DNA of 64,000 nt from an uncultured bacterium (GCA_963749495.1 CAVVMW010000004.1:544001-608000); one strand, 5' to 3'; positions 10,629 to 22,122 are shown, numbered from the stretch's first letter. Notes: generated from the letters alone by a model not told the origin. Made by a program: numbers and translations.

Positions 10629-10915
10629 CTACTTGGCTCCGAGAATAGCTTCTTTGGCTGCCTTGGCAACGCAAAACTTGACCGCGCGCTTTGCCGGGAT
10701 CTTGATCTGCTCATCGGTGGCTGGATTCCTCCCCATACGGGCTTCGCGATTCACCAGGACCAGTTTTCCAAAGCCGGGAATCGTGAAGGAGTTCTTTGCG
10801 TTTTTGTACGCCAGGGCCACAAGGGCTTCAATGGTTTCCACGGCCTGCTTCTTGTGAGGCCAACTGTTTCCGTTATTGATGCGGTGATTTGAGATTTGGT
10901 CAGTGTTTTTGCCAA
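10629..10915 (-). pseudogene. hup: HU-family DNA-binding protein, frameshift near 10855
   Basis: TTG-AKTLTKSQITASITETVGLT in one frame; KKQAVE...FTIPGFGKL...ARMGRNPAT...IKIPAK in another. Confidence 0.85.
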
Positions 10916-11949
10916 TCCTGCTAGAGGTGCTGAAGGGGTAGAAGGAACGGACGGGATGTTCAAGGGGAAAAGGGTTTGGAACCAATGGAAACCCGGGTGC
11001 ACGAAGAGGGATCAGCAGTGAGGGCCTTGACCATTTTTTAGATCTCGGCACGTCAGGTTTTGGCCGGCGGTGAATCTGTTCTTCCGGTGCAACCTCGATT
11101 CTCATCCGGGCCGCCATACCCGCAAATCAACCGGCCCAACTCGCGCCAGGTTCACTTCAGGGTTGTCCACCGTTGCCTCATCCGCCGCTGCCCACCGCAG
11201 GCTTTGCTTGACCACCAGGCTTTAGGGGGTCCGCCGGGGCGAACTGAACCTCCACGACCTTGTTTTCCATCTGCCGCTCCCATTGGTCGAGCGAAGGCAC
11301 GGGCACCTCCGCCCTCTTGGCATAAGCCGCATGGACCGCCTTCGAATTGTGCCCCAGCGCCTCCTGAGCAAAGCGTTCGATCAAGGGCAATTGTCGAAGG
11401 CTGTCGAAGCTCTGATCATGAATGGCCCGTTCCCACCGCTGGCCGTTGGTCCCGCATTTGCAGCGCTTCGTCAAGGCGCAGCCCCTTCGTGGTACGGGCA
11501 AGGGTCACCCTTAGTGACCGACCATTTCGACGCACCGAATGCGGGCCGGCACATTGCCGACCTCGCCAGCCTGGCGCCGCTCACGATCTGGCCGCCCAGT
11601 TCTCTCCAGCCTTTCAAAATGGCCGTGCCCGGGAGTGTTCCGAACATCGCGGGCAGCATCACTGCTCCTAACCTCGTCATGCCCTCTGCCGATGGCGCAG
11701 ACTGCGCTCAGCGACAGTTTCCCAGCACGCCGGCGCTTGCCGCCGCAACGGCATACCTGAGCGAGATCAATGGGCAGGACTTCGGGCATCCGCAGAACGG
11801 GCACGATGTGACCACTCGCCCTGGTTCGGCCCGACCACGGGCCAACAGCGAAGTCCGGCCCCAATATGCAGGCCCGGATCGCACCTCCTGCGGAGCTGGT
11901 GCCGCCGAGGAGCAACGCCGGCCAAACTTAAAAACTTGAATCGCCAGAA

Positions 11950-12896
11950 TTGACCAATGATCATTTGATCGAGCTGTTACGAATCGATCCCGCTGATGTT
12001 GGCGGTCTCGTCGCTCTGGCCCGCATTTATGGCGAGAAGGAGAAGGATATACGGCGGGCGAGCGGTTTGCCCGTCGCGCGGTGGAGGTTGCTCCCGACAA
12101 CGCTTGGGCGCTCAATAGCCTCGGAGCCATGCTGTTTCACACAGGTCGCGTTGAAGAGGCCATTCCCTTATTCCGGGCGGCCATCGTCGCCAATCCTGAA
12201 CTTGCGGCCCCGTACGCTTCCTTGGCATTCATGTTCTTGAATCAAGGGCGCGTTGAAGAGGCACTGGCCACGCTCCGCGGGTTGTTTTCAAAGGCAAAAA
12301 TGCAGGACGTCAGGTGTCGGTCCATTTTCGACCAAGCAAGAAAAATCTTCGAAAGCGGTCAGGAGAAGCTGTCAGAAACGATGCATCCCGCGGCGCTCCA
12401 GGCTGTCGAAACGCTACGGGAATCGGTGGAGCGAGTTTCCGGGCATCAGGTCCGGGTCAATTTCGAGGCCCTGGATGGAATTCAGGCGCGGCTTCAGATC
12501 GCCTGGCATTATGGACGCGATCACCATCTTGTGGTGCTCGATCGTGCCTGCCCCGAAAAATCCCAGCCCTACCTCCTCGCTTCCGAGTATAGGTCCATTC
12601 TGCTGCTTTCCGAGGCCTACAAAGCAGGCAAGAACCTGGTGTTCACTACTGGGCCAAATCACCGTAGAACGTTGTTGGAGGATTTTGGTCCCAACATCCT
12701 CCGGATGGTGGCGCTTGGCCATGAAGAGGAGTGGGTCATGTCACGAGCCATCATCCTAAGAGATCTCATCCTCGGATGCTTGTTTAACTTGCCGATGGAA
12801 ATGGTCGTCCAACGCTGCCTGCACAAGGAGACACCCGTGATGGCGCCTTCCCAATTTTTGCTGCAACTTTTCCCATTTCGTCGCATCATTGCGTGA
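11950..12896 (+). pseudogene. Tetratricopeptide-repeat protein fragment, frameshifted and truncated
   Basis: TPR-like PDNAWALNSLGAML and NPELAAPYASLA; upstream part in another frame. Confidence 0.6.
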
Positions 12897-12984
12897 CATC
12901 TTGTCATGCGCGGCACGAATGCTCAGTCACCAGTCGGCCGAGGGCTGTCCCTCCGGGGTGCGGGCGTGGCTGCGCGGTGGAAAT

Positions 12985-14406
12985 ATGCTCTCGAATCACA
13001 AAACCAAAATCGTTGCCACGATCGGGCCCGCTTCCGAGTCCCCCGAGATGCTCGAACGCCTGATCCGGGCCGGGTTGAACGTGGCGCGCTTGAATTTCTC
13101 CCATGGCGATTTTGCCGAGCACGGCCGGCGGATTGGCCGCATACGGGCGGCCGAGCGGGCGGCCGGGCGGCGCGTCGCCATCATGGCGGACCTGCCGGGT
13201 CCGAAGATGCGGCTGGGAAGGATCGATCCGGAACCGATTGAGCTCCGGCCTGGCTCGAGCTTTACGTTGACCACCAGCGATGTCGTCGGCACGGAGAAAC
13301 GCGTCGCGATGAGTTTCGAGCGGCTGCCACAGGTGGTGAAGCCGGGCGACCTGCTGTTCCTGAACGACGGGCTGGTCCAGCTTCAGGTGGAGTGTGTCGT
13401 CGGCCCCGACGTGCAATGCCGAGTGACCGTGGGCGGCGAACTGCGGTCGCGCAAGGGGGTGAATCTGCCGGGGATTAACCTCGGCATCAGCGCGTTCACC
13501 GAGCAGGACCGGGCGTGCCTGGAGTTTGCGTTGGCGCAGGGGGTCGATGCCTTGAGCCAATCGTTCGTCGAAACGGAGGCGGATCTCGAGGCCGTGCGGG
13601 CAGCGGCCAAGGCCGCGGGCAAAAGCCCTTTCCTGATCGCCAAGATCGAACGGGCGGGCGCGTTGGCGCACTTCGAGGAGATTTTGAAAGCGGCTGACGG
13701 CATCATGGTGGCGCGCGGCGACCTTGGCGTGGAAGTGCCAATCGAGGAAATCGCCCTGACGCAAAAGAAACTGATTGCGCAGGCGAACCTGGCCGGCAAA
13801 CCGGTCATCACCGCGACCCAAATGCTGGAGTCGATGGTGTCCAACCGGCTGCCGACGCGGGCCGAGGCCACCGATGTGGCGAACGCGATCCTGGACGGCA
13901 CCGATTGCTTGATGCTCTCGGCCGAATCGGCGGTGGGCAAGTACCCCGAGGAAGCGGTGGCGATGCTAGCCAAGATCGCCGCGGCCACCGAAGCGGGCCG
14001 GCCCCAGGCCCGGCTGAACGATCTGCGCGCGCTATGCCTGCGTCAGAAGCCTGGCACCGGGGCAGAGGCGATTGCTGCTGTGGTCGAGCACGCGCTGGAA
14101 ACCGTGCCCTGCGCGGCGGTACTGACGCCCACCCGAAGCGGAACCACGGCGCGGATGATTTCGCGTTTTAAACCCGCCGTCTGGGCCATCGCGCTGAGCG
14201 CCCAACCGGCGGTTTGCCAGTCGTTGGTGTTCTCTTACGGTGTGCATCCGGTCGATCTGGTGTCCGAGCCGGAGGACTGGCGCGCCTTTGCCGCCACCTG
14301 GTTGCGCGAGCAGAACCTCCAAGGCCCCGTCGCCATGCTGGTTGCCGGACCCTCGCCGCGTCATCCCGAAGCCAATCACCGAATCGAATTCATGCGCCTG
14401 GGTTAA
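12985..14406 (+). CDS. pyk: Pyruvate kinase
   Basis: KTKIVATIGPAS, ARLNFSHG, IMVARGDLGVE, ATQMLESM, PTRAEATDVANA. Confidence 0.97.
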   Translation: MLSNHKTKIVATIGPASESPEMLERLIRAGLNVARLNFSHGDFAEHGRRIGRIRAAERAAGRRVAIMADLPGPKMRLGRIDPEPIELRPGSSFTLTTSDVVGTEKRVAMSFERLPQVVKPGDLLFLNDGLVQLQVECVVGPDVQCRVTVGGELRSRKGVNLPGINLGISAFTEQDRACLEFALAQGVDALSQSFVETEADLEAVRAAAKAAGKSPFLIAKIERAGALAHFEEILKAADGIMVARGDLGVEVPIEEIALTQKKLIAQANLAGKPVITATQMLESMVSNRLPTRAEATDVANAILDGTDCLMLSAESAVGKYPEEAVAMLAKIAAATEAGRPQARLNDLRALCLRQKPGTGAEAIAAVVEHALETVPCAAVLTPTRSGTTARMISRFKPAVWAIALSAQPAVCQSLVFSYGVHPVDLVSEPEDWRAFAATWLREQNLQGPVAMLVAGPSPRHPEANHRIEFMRLG

Positions 14407-14458
14407 CAAGGTTCTGAAATCGCATTATCAGACCTCCCTGTGCCAGCTTCCGCAGCGA

Positions 14459-14548
14459 TTAGGCTTGCTCTGTCGGTATTGCCACGAGTTTAATCCCACG
14501 GCGCCTTGCCTCTGCCTCCACTGCCGGCATTATCGGCAGTTTTCCATA
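14459..14548 (-). pseudogene. Mth938-like domain fragment
   Basis: YGKLPIMPAVEAEARRRGIKLVAIPTEQA. Confidence 0.5.
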
Positions 14549-14797
14549 CAGGCTCCCATGGTTTGGAGTTCGGAGAGCGTGGTGACGCCTTCCCGCACCC
14601 TTGCCAAGCCATCTTCCAGCGCGGTTTGCAGGCCACGCTTTCTCAAATGGCGGCGCAAGGACTGCTCGTCCGTGTGTGACAGGATGAGTTCGTAATCCGA
14701 ATCGTCTTTCTGCCAGACTTCGAAAACGCCGATGCGGCCCTGGCAACCCGTGTACTGACATGCCGCGCAGCCCGTAGCCCTGTAAACTTCCTCGATT
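14549..14797 (-). pseudogene. C-terminal fragment of a GspE/PilB-type secretion ATPase (not in ORF track)
   Basis: Own translation: YRATGCAACQYTGCQGRIGVFEVW...QTALEDGLARVREGVTTLSEL. Confidence 0.75.
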
Positions 14798-14822
14798 ACA
14801 GGCAGTTCCCCGGGGGACTGAT

Positions 14823-15173
14823 GTGAGGCGCGCCCAGGTTGTTGTCCAGCGGGTTCGCCGGACCTTCGTCGTAAATATCGAACACGGATTGCACGCTCGT
14901 CCTTGCGCCCTGCTGGTCAAAGCCGTTCAACCGTACCGCTCAACCGTGGAAGTCGAGGTGAAGGGCAATAAAGTTTCTGGAAACAGCATCCTGGGCCTTG
15001 TGGCGCTCGGCGCAGGGTACGGCTCGGAAATCACGTTCACCATGGTCGGCGAGGATGCTTCTCAGGCAATGGCTGCGGTCCATCAATTGTTCGATGCGCA
15101 CTTTGAGGTTGCGCTCCATGCCTCAACGGCGTCCATCAAGCCGGTCATGGCGCTCGCACGCGCAGCCCCGTGA
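14823..15173 (+). CDS. HPr-family phosphocarrier protein
   Basis: GLHARP active-site motif and NSILGLVALGA. Confidence 0.88.
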   Translation: MRRAQVVVQRVRRTFVVNIEHGLHARPCALLVKAVQPYRSTVEVEVKGNKVSGNSILGLVALGAGYGSEITFTMVGEDASQAMAAVHQLFDAHFEVALHASTASIKPVMALARAAP

Positions 15174-15193
15174 TCCAGGATTGGAACCGTCCT

Positions 15194-17229
15194 ATGCCGG
15201 GCACAATAAACTCAAGCGAATCGCGCGCTGCCGATGCCATCCAGGAAGCGGCGATGAAAGAGAGCGGCGACGTCCTGCGCGCGCTGGGGACCGGGCCGGC
15301 GGGTTTGACTGAGGACGAGGCGGCAGCGAGGCTGGCGCAATCCGGCCCAAACGAGGTCGCGCGCGAAAAAAAGGCGGGTTGGCCCAAGAGGCTCCGGGTG
15401 GCGGCGCGCAACCCGCTGGTCATCCTCTTAACCGTCCTGGCGGTTGTGACCTTCGCCACCGCCACGACCCGGAGCGACGTGGTCGGCGGCTGGGTGATGC
15501 TGGTGATGGTGGGGCTGGGCCTGTCTCTGCGCTTCATCCAGGAGACCAGGGCCGACAACGCCGCCGCCAAACTCAAGGCCATGATCCACGTCACCGCCAC
15601 CGTCGTCCGCGGCGGCCAGGCCAGGGAAATCCCTTTGAGCCAACTGGTGCCGGGCGACCTGGTGAAGCTCTCCGCCGGCGACATGATCCCGGGCGATGTC
15701 CGGCTCCTGACAGCGAAGGATCTCTTCGTCATCCAGTCGACGCTCACCGGCGAATCCATGCCCGTTGAGAAGACCGACGCGCGGGACACGCGGGAAAAGG
15801 TGTCTGCCGTCGAGCGAACCAATCTCTGCTTTCTGGGCACCAGCGTAGAGAGCGGCTCGGCCACGGCGGTGATTGTGGCCACGGGGCCGCAGACCGCTTT
15901 CGGCAAGATGGCCTGCAGCCTCGCCGGCCAGGCCGTCGAAACGGCGTTCGACAAAGGGGTGAAAAGTTTCACCTGGCTCATGATCCGCTTCATGCTCGTC
16001 TTGGTGCCGCTGGTCTTCCTCATCAACGGGATGCTCAAGCAGGACTGGAAACAGGCGTTTTTCTTCGCCCTCTCGGTCGCCGTGGGCCTGACCCCGGAGA
16101 TGCTGCCGACGATCGTCTCGGTTTGCCTCTCGAAAGGCGCGCTGGCCATGTCCCGCAAGAAAGTCATCGTCAAGCGCCTCGATGCGATCCAGAACGTCGG
16201 CGCCATGGATGTGCTCTGCACCGACAAGACAGGCACGCTCACGATGGACCACGTCATCCTCAAACTCTGTTGCGACGTGTTCAAAAACGAAAACCAGGAG
16301 GTGCTGCGTGATGCCTATCTCATCAGCCACTTCCAAACGGGCCTGAAAAACGTCCTCGACCGCGCCGTGCTGCAGCACGAGGAACTGCACCAGGAAATGT
16401 CCCTCGACAAGTACGCAAAGGTGGACGAAATCCCCTTCGATTTCTCCCGCCGGATGATGTCCGTGGCGGTCGAAGGGCCCGACGGCCAGCGGCAGTTGCT
16501 CACCAAAGGGGCGCCCGAGGCTGTGTTCAGCAAATGCACGCGTTTCGAGAGCGAAGGCGAGATCTTCCCGATGGAACCGATCCTGGCCGGCGACCTGATT
16601 CAACAGGTCAACGACCTGAGCGAGGACGGCTTCCGCGTGTTGGCGGTCGCGACCAGGAAACTGGAGAAACAGGCCGCCTACTCCAAGGCAGACGAAAGCG
16701 ACCTGGTGCTGACCGGCTACCTTGCGTTTCTGGATCCGCCCAAAGAGACCGCTGCCACGGCCATCGCCGCCCTGCGCCGCGACGGCATCACGGTCAAGGT
16801 TCTGACAGGTGACAACGACCTGGTGACGCGCAAGGTGTGCAATGAAGTCGGCATTCACGCCGAGAAGATCGTCCTGGGCACCCAGGCCGAGACGATGACC
16901 GACGCCCAATTGGCCGAGGCCGTCGAGGCCACGGACGTCTTCGCGCGGCTCTCGCCGGCGGACAAGCAGCGCATCGTCCGCGCCCTCCAGCGCAAAGGAC
17001 ATGTCGTTGGGTTCATGGGTGACGGCATCAACGACGCGTCGGCCCTGCGGGCAGCCGATGTGAGCCTCTCGGTGGACAATGCGGTCGACATTGCCAAGGA
17101 ATCGGCCGATATCATCCTCCTGGAAAAGAACCTGATGGTGCTCGAGGAAGGGGTGCTGGAGGGACGGAAGGTCTTCGTGAACATCCTGAAGTACCTCCGG
17201 ATGGGCGCAAGCTCGAATTTCGGCAACAT
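15194..17229 (+). pseudogene. mgtA: Mg2+-translocating P-type ATPase, 5' part; interrupted after ...SSNFGN
   Basis: LTGES, PEMLP, DKTGTLT, TGDN, GDGIND motifs; frame resumes at 18189. Confidence 0.92.
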
Positions 17230-17560
17230 CACTTTGTCCACCGCCTTGTTGAGTTGTCCGACAATGTGAAAGCGTTCCATCACGTTGATGTCCTGCGTTA
17301 TCTTTTCCGCAATCACCCTCATAAGTCTTCCACATATCGCTGCATACATACTTGAGAGCGCTACCACCGGCCCTCCCAACTTCGCCAAACCCCGCCGCAA
17401 CGTGGCCTGGGTCCGGCGCTTGCCCACCCACAGCAACCGCCGACAGTGCGGGTCAATTTGGTAGATGACCGTCAAGTTATTGGGCTTCTGGCCCTTGCCC
17501 CAGTTTATCTCGTCCACGCTCATCGCTTCAACCCCTTCCAGCGCCGATGCTTCAAACCCC
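17230..17560 (-). mobile_element. ISL3-family transposase fragment, degenerate
   Basis: VDEINWGKGQK...TVIYQID...RLLWVG; YVCSDMWK; ERFHIVGQLNKAVDKV across frames. Confidence 0.8.
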
Positions 17561-18106
17561 ATTGGACAAACCACCTCACCGAGCGGTAAACGGCCTCCCA
17601 ACTGGTGCGGAAGACCTGCGCCGTCTCCTTCCAGGACAACCGCCGCGCCCACAGGGCCAAAAAGCCCATCATCGCCGTCGTCACCGTCGCTTGCCCGCGC
17701 TCCAGGGGATATGCTCGACGACCACTCCGTCATCCGCACAGTTGACCCGCCGCAACGCATAGAGGAAATAGGTCTCGAGGCCCCACATCGGCACAAACAG
17801 CCAGGACCGTTGCCGCAACTGCTCATACCCCGGGGCCGGCCTCAGACACCGAGAGCACTTGGCAGGAATGCCGGCATCGGCATAGACGGTAATCTCGATG
17901 CATAAGGGGCGCCTTTGAGATCCCGGCAGAAGCGGATGTTGTCATAGACGAAGCCAACAAAGTGTTGAATGACGTTGAGAACGGTCTTAACTTTCAGTTG
18001 CATAGCTGATCTGCCGCTCGGTGCGAGCGACGTTTCACACCACGCAGCCTACTGGAATCCAGGCAAATCAGCTATCGCTTTGTGACCCTGGACCAGCTTA
18101 CCGAGC

Positions 18107-18189
18107 AAAAAAATAAAAAAAAAGAAATTAAAAAGAGGAGATAAAAGGAGGAGGGAGGGGAGAAGGAGAGGCAGCAGGGGGGGGGGGGG
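18107..18189 (+). repeat. Low-complexity purine tract grading from A-rich to G-rich and ending in G13
   Basis: Read directly. Confidence 0.95.
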
Positions 18190-18300
18190 TTCAGCGTGAT
18201 CGGGGCGAGCGTCTGGCTGCCGTACCTCCCGATGACGCCCATTCAAATCCTCACCAACAACCTGCTCTACGACTTTTCCCAGGTCCCCATCCCCACCAAC
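18189..18300 (+). pseudogene. mgtA: mgtA continuation (FSVIGASVWLPYLPMTPIQILTNNLLYDFSQVPIPT), truncated again
   Basis: Joins 17229 exactly: AAC AT|G TTC AGC. Confidence 0.9.
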
Positions 18301-18314
18301 ACCGTCGTCCCCCA

Positions 18315-18789
18315 GCAGATTGCCAAGGATGAAGATGTGAGCACACAGCTTGTCTCCAAGCTCGAGGAAAACATGCCTACTGAACGTGAGGAGTGGGTGG
18401 CCGCGCTTCTAGGAGATTGTAATCTCTCATCGCAGGCCTACTTCGGAAGTCTCAAACGGGTCTTGCTCAAAATAGCTATACCAGGGAATGCGGTCATTGT
18501 GGGCAAGGGCAGCAACTGCTTCCTTCCCCCGGATAAAAAGATCGGTCTGTGCTTCGTAGCTCCCCTGGATCTGAGAATAAAGAATACGATGAAGGAACTT
18601 GGACTCTCTGAGAAAGATGCACGAGAGCACATTTCCAAGCTCGAAGCGGAACACCGGAAATTGGTGAAGAAGTATTTCCAGGCCGAAATACGAGATTCCA
18701 CTCACTACCACCTGGTCGTCAACACGGCCCTCGTTAAACCCGAGACCATTATACAAATCGTGAAGATGCTTATCACGGCCCAAACCTGA
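18315..18789 (+). pseudogene. Cytidylate kinase-like family protein, C-terminal part fused in frame to the mgtA remnant
   Basis: GNAVIVGKG...APLDLRI...YHLVVNT. Confidence 0.7.
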
Positions 18790-18892
18790 AGGTGCTCCTC
18801 TTCCATTCACCTTGGACGGGCGTGCCGTCAACAACCTGACTTTAATCGAGAAACTCATTTATCATCAACGACCAAACAAAGGAGACAAAACT

Positions 18893-19078
18893 ATGATGCA
18901 TCTGGATATCGACTCGGAAGAAAAAGAGGATTTGAGAGAATTGCTCCAAGGCTGCCTCGATTCGCTCAAGATCGAGGTCGCGCATACCGACCACCGGGCC
19001 TTCCGAGACATGCTGAAACAGAAGGAAGGAGTCCTGCAGAGAGTGTTGGAAAAACTGGGGCAGGCCGCGGATCAGTAA
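18893..19078 (+). CDS. Small hypothetical protein
   Basis: AGGAG ribosome-binding site at 18880; helical EVAHTD-containing sequence. Confidence 0.6.
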   Translation: MMHLDIDSEEKEDLRELLQGCLDSLKIEVAHTDHRAFRDMLKQKEGVLQRVLEKLGQAADQ

Positions 19079-19482
19079 CGGCGGGAGCGGCGAACCCTCG
19101 ACGCGATCCGGCCGCCAGTCGGCTGCGTCGTGATGGAGCCCGTCTCGACCTGTGCGCAACTTCGAAGTTCATTTGCGAGATTTGGTAACTTGCGAGTGCT
19201 CGCAGAACACTGGATTGCATTCTTCACCCACAGGTCTCCTTGATTCCACGAGGGTTACATTCGTGGAACAGGTCTGGCATGTGCGGTGCTTAAAGGTAGT
19301 GGTCCTGTGCAGAGCGCAGCCTTCCCGGCCGCAACGTCGAAGGGAAGCTTCGCCGAGCCGCCAGAGAATGGAAAGCGCAGAAGACCCGGCTGGTGCGCAA
19401 GGCGTGGGTGTGACTTTGCTGCCGAGGTAAGCGGGACAGTTAACATTGAACACATTATAAAAACTCAGACGAAACAGCGAAT

Positions 19483-19686
19483 ATGAGCGTGAACACAGAA
19501 ATCAACCGGGATGTGGGATGGTCGATCGTGCTGAGTGTGCTGCTGATCGTGGCCGGTATTCTGGCGATCATCGTGCCGCAGGCCTCCGGCATCGCCGTAA
19601 CGGTATTGGTCGGTTGGCTGCTGGTCCTTTGTGGGGCCGCCCTTATGGCGTATGCCTGGCACGCGCACCGCGGCAGCGGCCTGTAA
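19483..19686 (+). pseudogene. HdeD/DUF308 membrane protein, truncated
   Basis: GWSIVLSVLLIVAGILAIIVP...LVGWLLV. Confidence 0.7.
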
Positions 19687-19703
19687 CCGCGACTGAACAC
19701 GCC

Positions 19704-20162
19704 ATGGAACCGCCCCCCGCCAATGCCGGGCAACTCGTCGAGGCGTCGAAGCGTTTCGCGCAACGGTTATTGACCATCGGTGAAAACCGGTTCGAGTTGT
19801 TGATGGTGGAAGTGCAGGAGGAGCGCCAGCGCCTCCTGCACGCAATCCTGTTGGCCCTGGGCGTGGCGGCGTTTGGTCTGCTCGCCGGAGTGGCGCTCAC
19901 CGGCGCCATCGTGGTTTTGTTGTGGGAGCTCTCGCGGGTGGCAGCGCTGCTGGTGCTGACCGGCCTTTACGGGGCGACGGCGGATTGTCTTTACGGGCGC
20001 CTCACGCGGTTGGCGCGCGACTGGGAGAATCTCCCCGCCACCCTCGATCAACTCCGAAAGGACCGCGCACGTTTGGAAACGTCGAATTCAATCTGGCTCG
20101 CGTTCCGCAAAAAGCCAAAACGACACCCTTCGAAGTCTTTGCACTCCCCCATACCGCTGTAA
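19704..20162 (+). CDS. YqjE-like (phage holin family) membrane protein
   Basis: ENRFELLMVEVQEER, two transmembrane helices, TLDQLRKDR. Confidence 0.75.
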   Translation: MEPPPANAGQLVEASKRFAQRLLTIGENRFELLMVEVQEERQRLLHAILLALGVAAFGLLAGVALTGAIVVLLWELSRVAALLVLTGLYGATADCLYGRLTRLARDWENLPATLDQLRKDRARLETSNSIWLAFRKKPKRHPSKSLHSPIPL

Positions 20163-20228
20163 TCCTGCAAAAAGACTTCCGCCGCAACCGTAACCATAAA
20201 ACCACAAGGATTCAAAGGATTCGGACAA

Positions 20229-20801
20229 ATGAAAAGCGAGACTAAAGCAAGGGAAGACGAGGCTTCCTCGACCAGCCAGGCGCTGCCCGGGCAGACCCCA
20301 TCCAACAGGGAACCAATCACAAAGCTGAACCGAGCGGGCTTGAAAATGCAGAACATCCTCGTGCCTACAGATTTCTCCGAGCCCTCCCGGAAGGCCCTGA
20401 GATACGCGGTCTCCTTTGCCGAGGAGTTCGGAGCGCGGATTACGCTGTTGCACGTGGTCAAGCCGGTAATTCCTACGCATGAAGACTACCCAATACGCAG
20501 GGTTATTCAGGATGATAAATCACTTGTAAGCGGGGCGGAAAATGCACTGGGGCAGTTGTGCCAGCGCGAAGGGATCAATCCAGGTTGGATTCGGAAAGCG
20601 CTCGTTCGGCTCGGGGCGCCGTCAGAGGAGATCATGAAGGTGGCCCGTGAGTCGCAGGTTGACTTGATTGTAATCGGCACACACGGTTACACCGGCCTGA
20701 AGCACATTTTTGCTGGCAGCACGACAGAACGGGTGGTCCGGCACGCGCCTTGTCCTGTTCTGGTCGTGCGCGACGAGGAGCGTGAATTTCTCTCCGCTTG
20801 A
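20229..20801 (+). CDS. Universal stress protein
   Basis: ILVPTDFS; DLIVIGTHGYTG...GSTTERVVRHAPCPVLVV. Confidence 0.93.
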   Translation: MKSETKAREDEASSTSQALPGQTPSNREPITKLNRAGLKMQNILVPTDFSEPSRKALRYAVSFAEEFGARITLLHVVKPVIPTHEDYPIRRVIQDDKSLVSGAENALGQLCQREGINPGWIRKALVRLGAPSEEIMKVARESQVDLIVIGTHGYTGLKHIFAGSTTERVVRHAPCPVLVVRDEEREFLSA

Positions 20802-20979
20802 CAGGAGCATGTTTGAATTGTCGCACTTCGCTCGAGCCTCATGTTGTGACGCGGGGATATGACAACCGGCGTTGACCGTGCTGCGCTCGATTGCGCCCTC
20901 GAACTAGGGATTCCATGTTTAACCAGGTAACCGTTCAACCAAATACAAACGCGGGCACCACAAAACGGTCCCGACGCTG

Positions 20980-22122
20980 CTAGCCCCTGAAGATGTCGAA
21001 GGGCTCGATTTTGAGGACCTTCCGCACCCCGATGTAGCTGGATATTCCGGCGATCAGCACGACCATGGCGAAGGACAGCCCCAGGTTCAAAAATGTGATC
21101 ATCGCTGCGTAGTTGGGCAGCCGGTATCGGGCGAGCGAGATCGTCAGCGTCACCAGGCCGACGCCCAGGCCGTAACCGGTCAGCGCAGTAAAGGTCGCCA
21201 TGAACAGGATCATGTGCACCAGCTCGCGCCCCTTTGCGCCGATGGCCTTGAGCGCGCCGAATTTCTCCAGGTTTTCGAGGATGAACGTGTAAAAGGTCTG
21301 GCCCGAGATCGACAATCCGACGACAAAGCTGATCACCGTCATCAAGAGGATGTTGGTGCCAACCCCGGTCTTGTAAACATAGAAGTCGGTAATGCGTTTG
21401 TTGAATTCATCCTTGGTAAGGGCGACATAGCCGAGCTTGCCGACTTGCTGTTTGATGCCCGCCACGGCGGCCTCGCTCTTCGGCTGCACCAGGACGTAGG
21501 AAATGGTGAAACGCATGGACGGGATGTATTCGATCGCGCGGTAGTAGGTTGTATAGAGCGTCGGCACCCCGTTCAGTCCGTTCGAGGCGACCCTGGCAAT
21601 GCCCACAATCGTACCACGGTGGTCATTGAGTTCGAAAGAGGTGCCGATCTTCGGGTTCTCCAGCTTCGAGAATTCAGCGTCCTTGACTACCACGAACGCG
21701 TGGTCGGCGTAGATGTCCTGGATGCTGCCCTGTTCGAGTTCGGGACGGCCAAACAAGCTGGTGTCGTCCAGGCCGACGACATTCACAGATTGATAGATGC
21801 CGCTTTCGAGCTTGACCAGCGCGCCACCGACAAAGAGCGGCACGGCATAGCTCACCCCGTCCATGCTGCGCACCGCGTCCAGCAGATAATCGGGCATAGG
21901 GATCGCAGTGGTGGCAGTATTGACCGCCGGGTCCATGATCCACATCGCTGCACCGACATTGGTGACAGTCGAATAGGCGCGGTTGAGGATGCCGATGAAC
22001 ATGGCGGTCATTTGCATCATCAGGAACACGGCGAAGGTGATCCCGATCAACAGCGCGGAGAACTTGGGCTTGTCATTCACCAGCAGCTTGAACCCGATCC
22101 GCATGATGCCGGCGTACTTCAT
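20980..22122 (-). CDS. ABC transporter permease (DevC/FtsX-like)
   Basis: N-terminal TM, periplasmic domain, ENLEKFGALKAIGA. Confidence 0.85.
   Translation of the reverse strand: MKYAGIMRIGFKLLVNDKPKFSALLIGITFAVFLMMQMTAMFIGILNRAYSTVTNVGAAMWIMDPAVNTATTAIPMPDYLLDAVRSMDGVSYAVPLFVGGALVKLESGIYQSVNVVGLDDTSLFGRPELEQGSIQDIYADHAFVVVKDAEFSKLENPKIGTSFELNDHRGTIVGIARVASNGLNGVPTLYTTYYRAIEYIPSMRFTISYVLVQPKSEAAVAGIKQQVGKLGYVALTKDEFNKRITDFYVYKTGVGTNILLMTVISFVVGLSISGQTFYTFILENLEKFGALKAIGAKGRELVHMILFMATFTALTGYGLGVGLVTLTISLARYRLPNYAAMITFLNLGLSFAMVVLIAGISSYIGVRKVLKIEPFDIFRG

Noticed and set aside
11060..11939. Coding assignment for this stretch
   Set aside because: Several overlapping ORFs, none with a recognisable motif; left uncalled.
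15428..17431. 667-aa antisense ORF (likewise 3549-5162, 34553-36190, 22146-23363)
   Set aside because: Shadow frames opposite well-supported genes in GC-rich DNA.
18196..18789. Novel MgtA-cytidylate-kinase fusion protein
   Set aside because: Both parts are truncated; it is a junction between fragments.
20859..20918. Extra molybdenum-carrier gene
   Set aside because: Only a ~17-codon scrap (TGVDRAALDCALELGIP).
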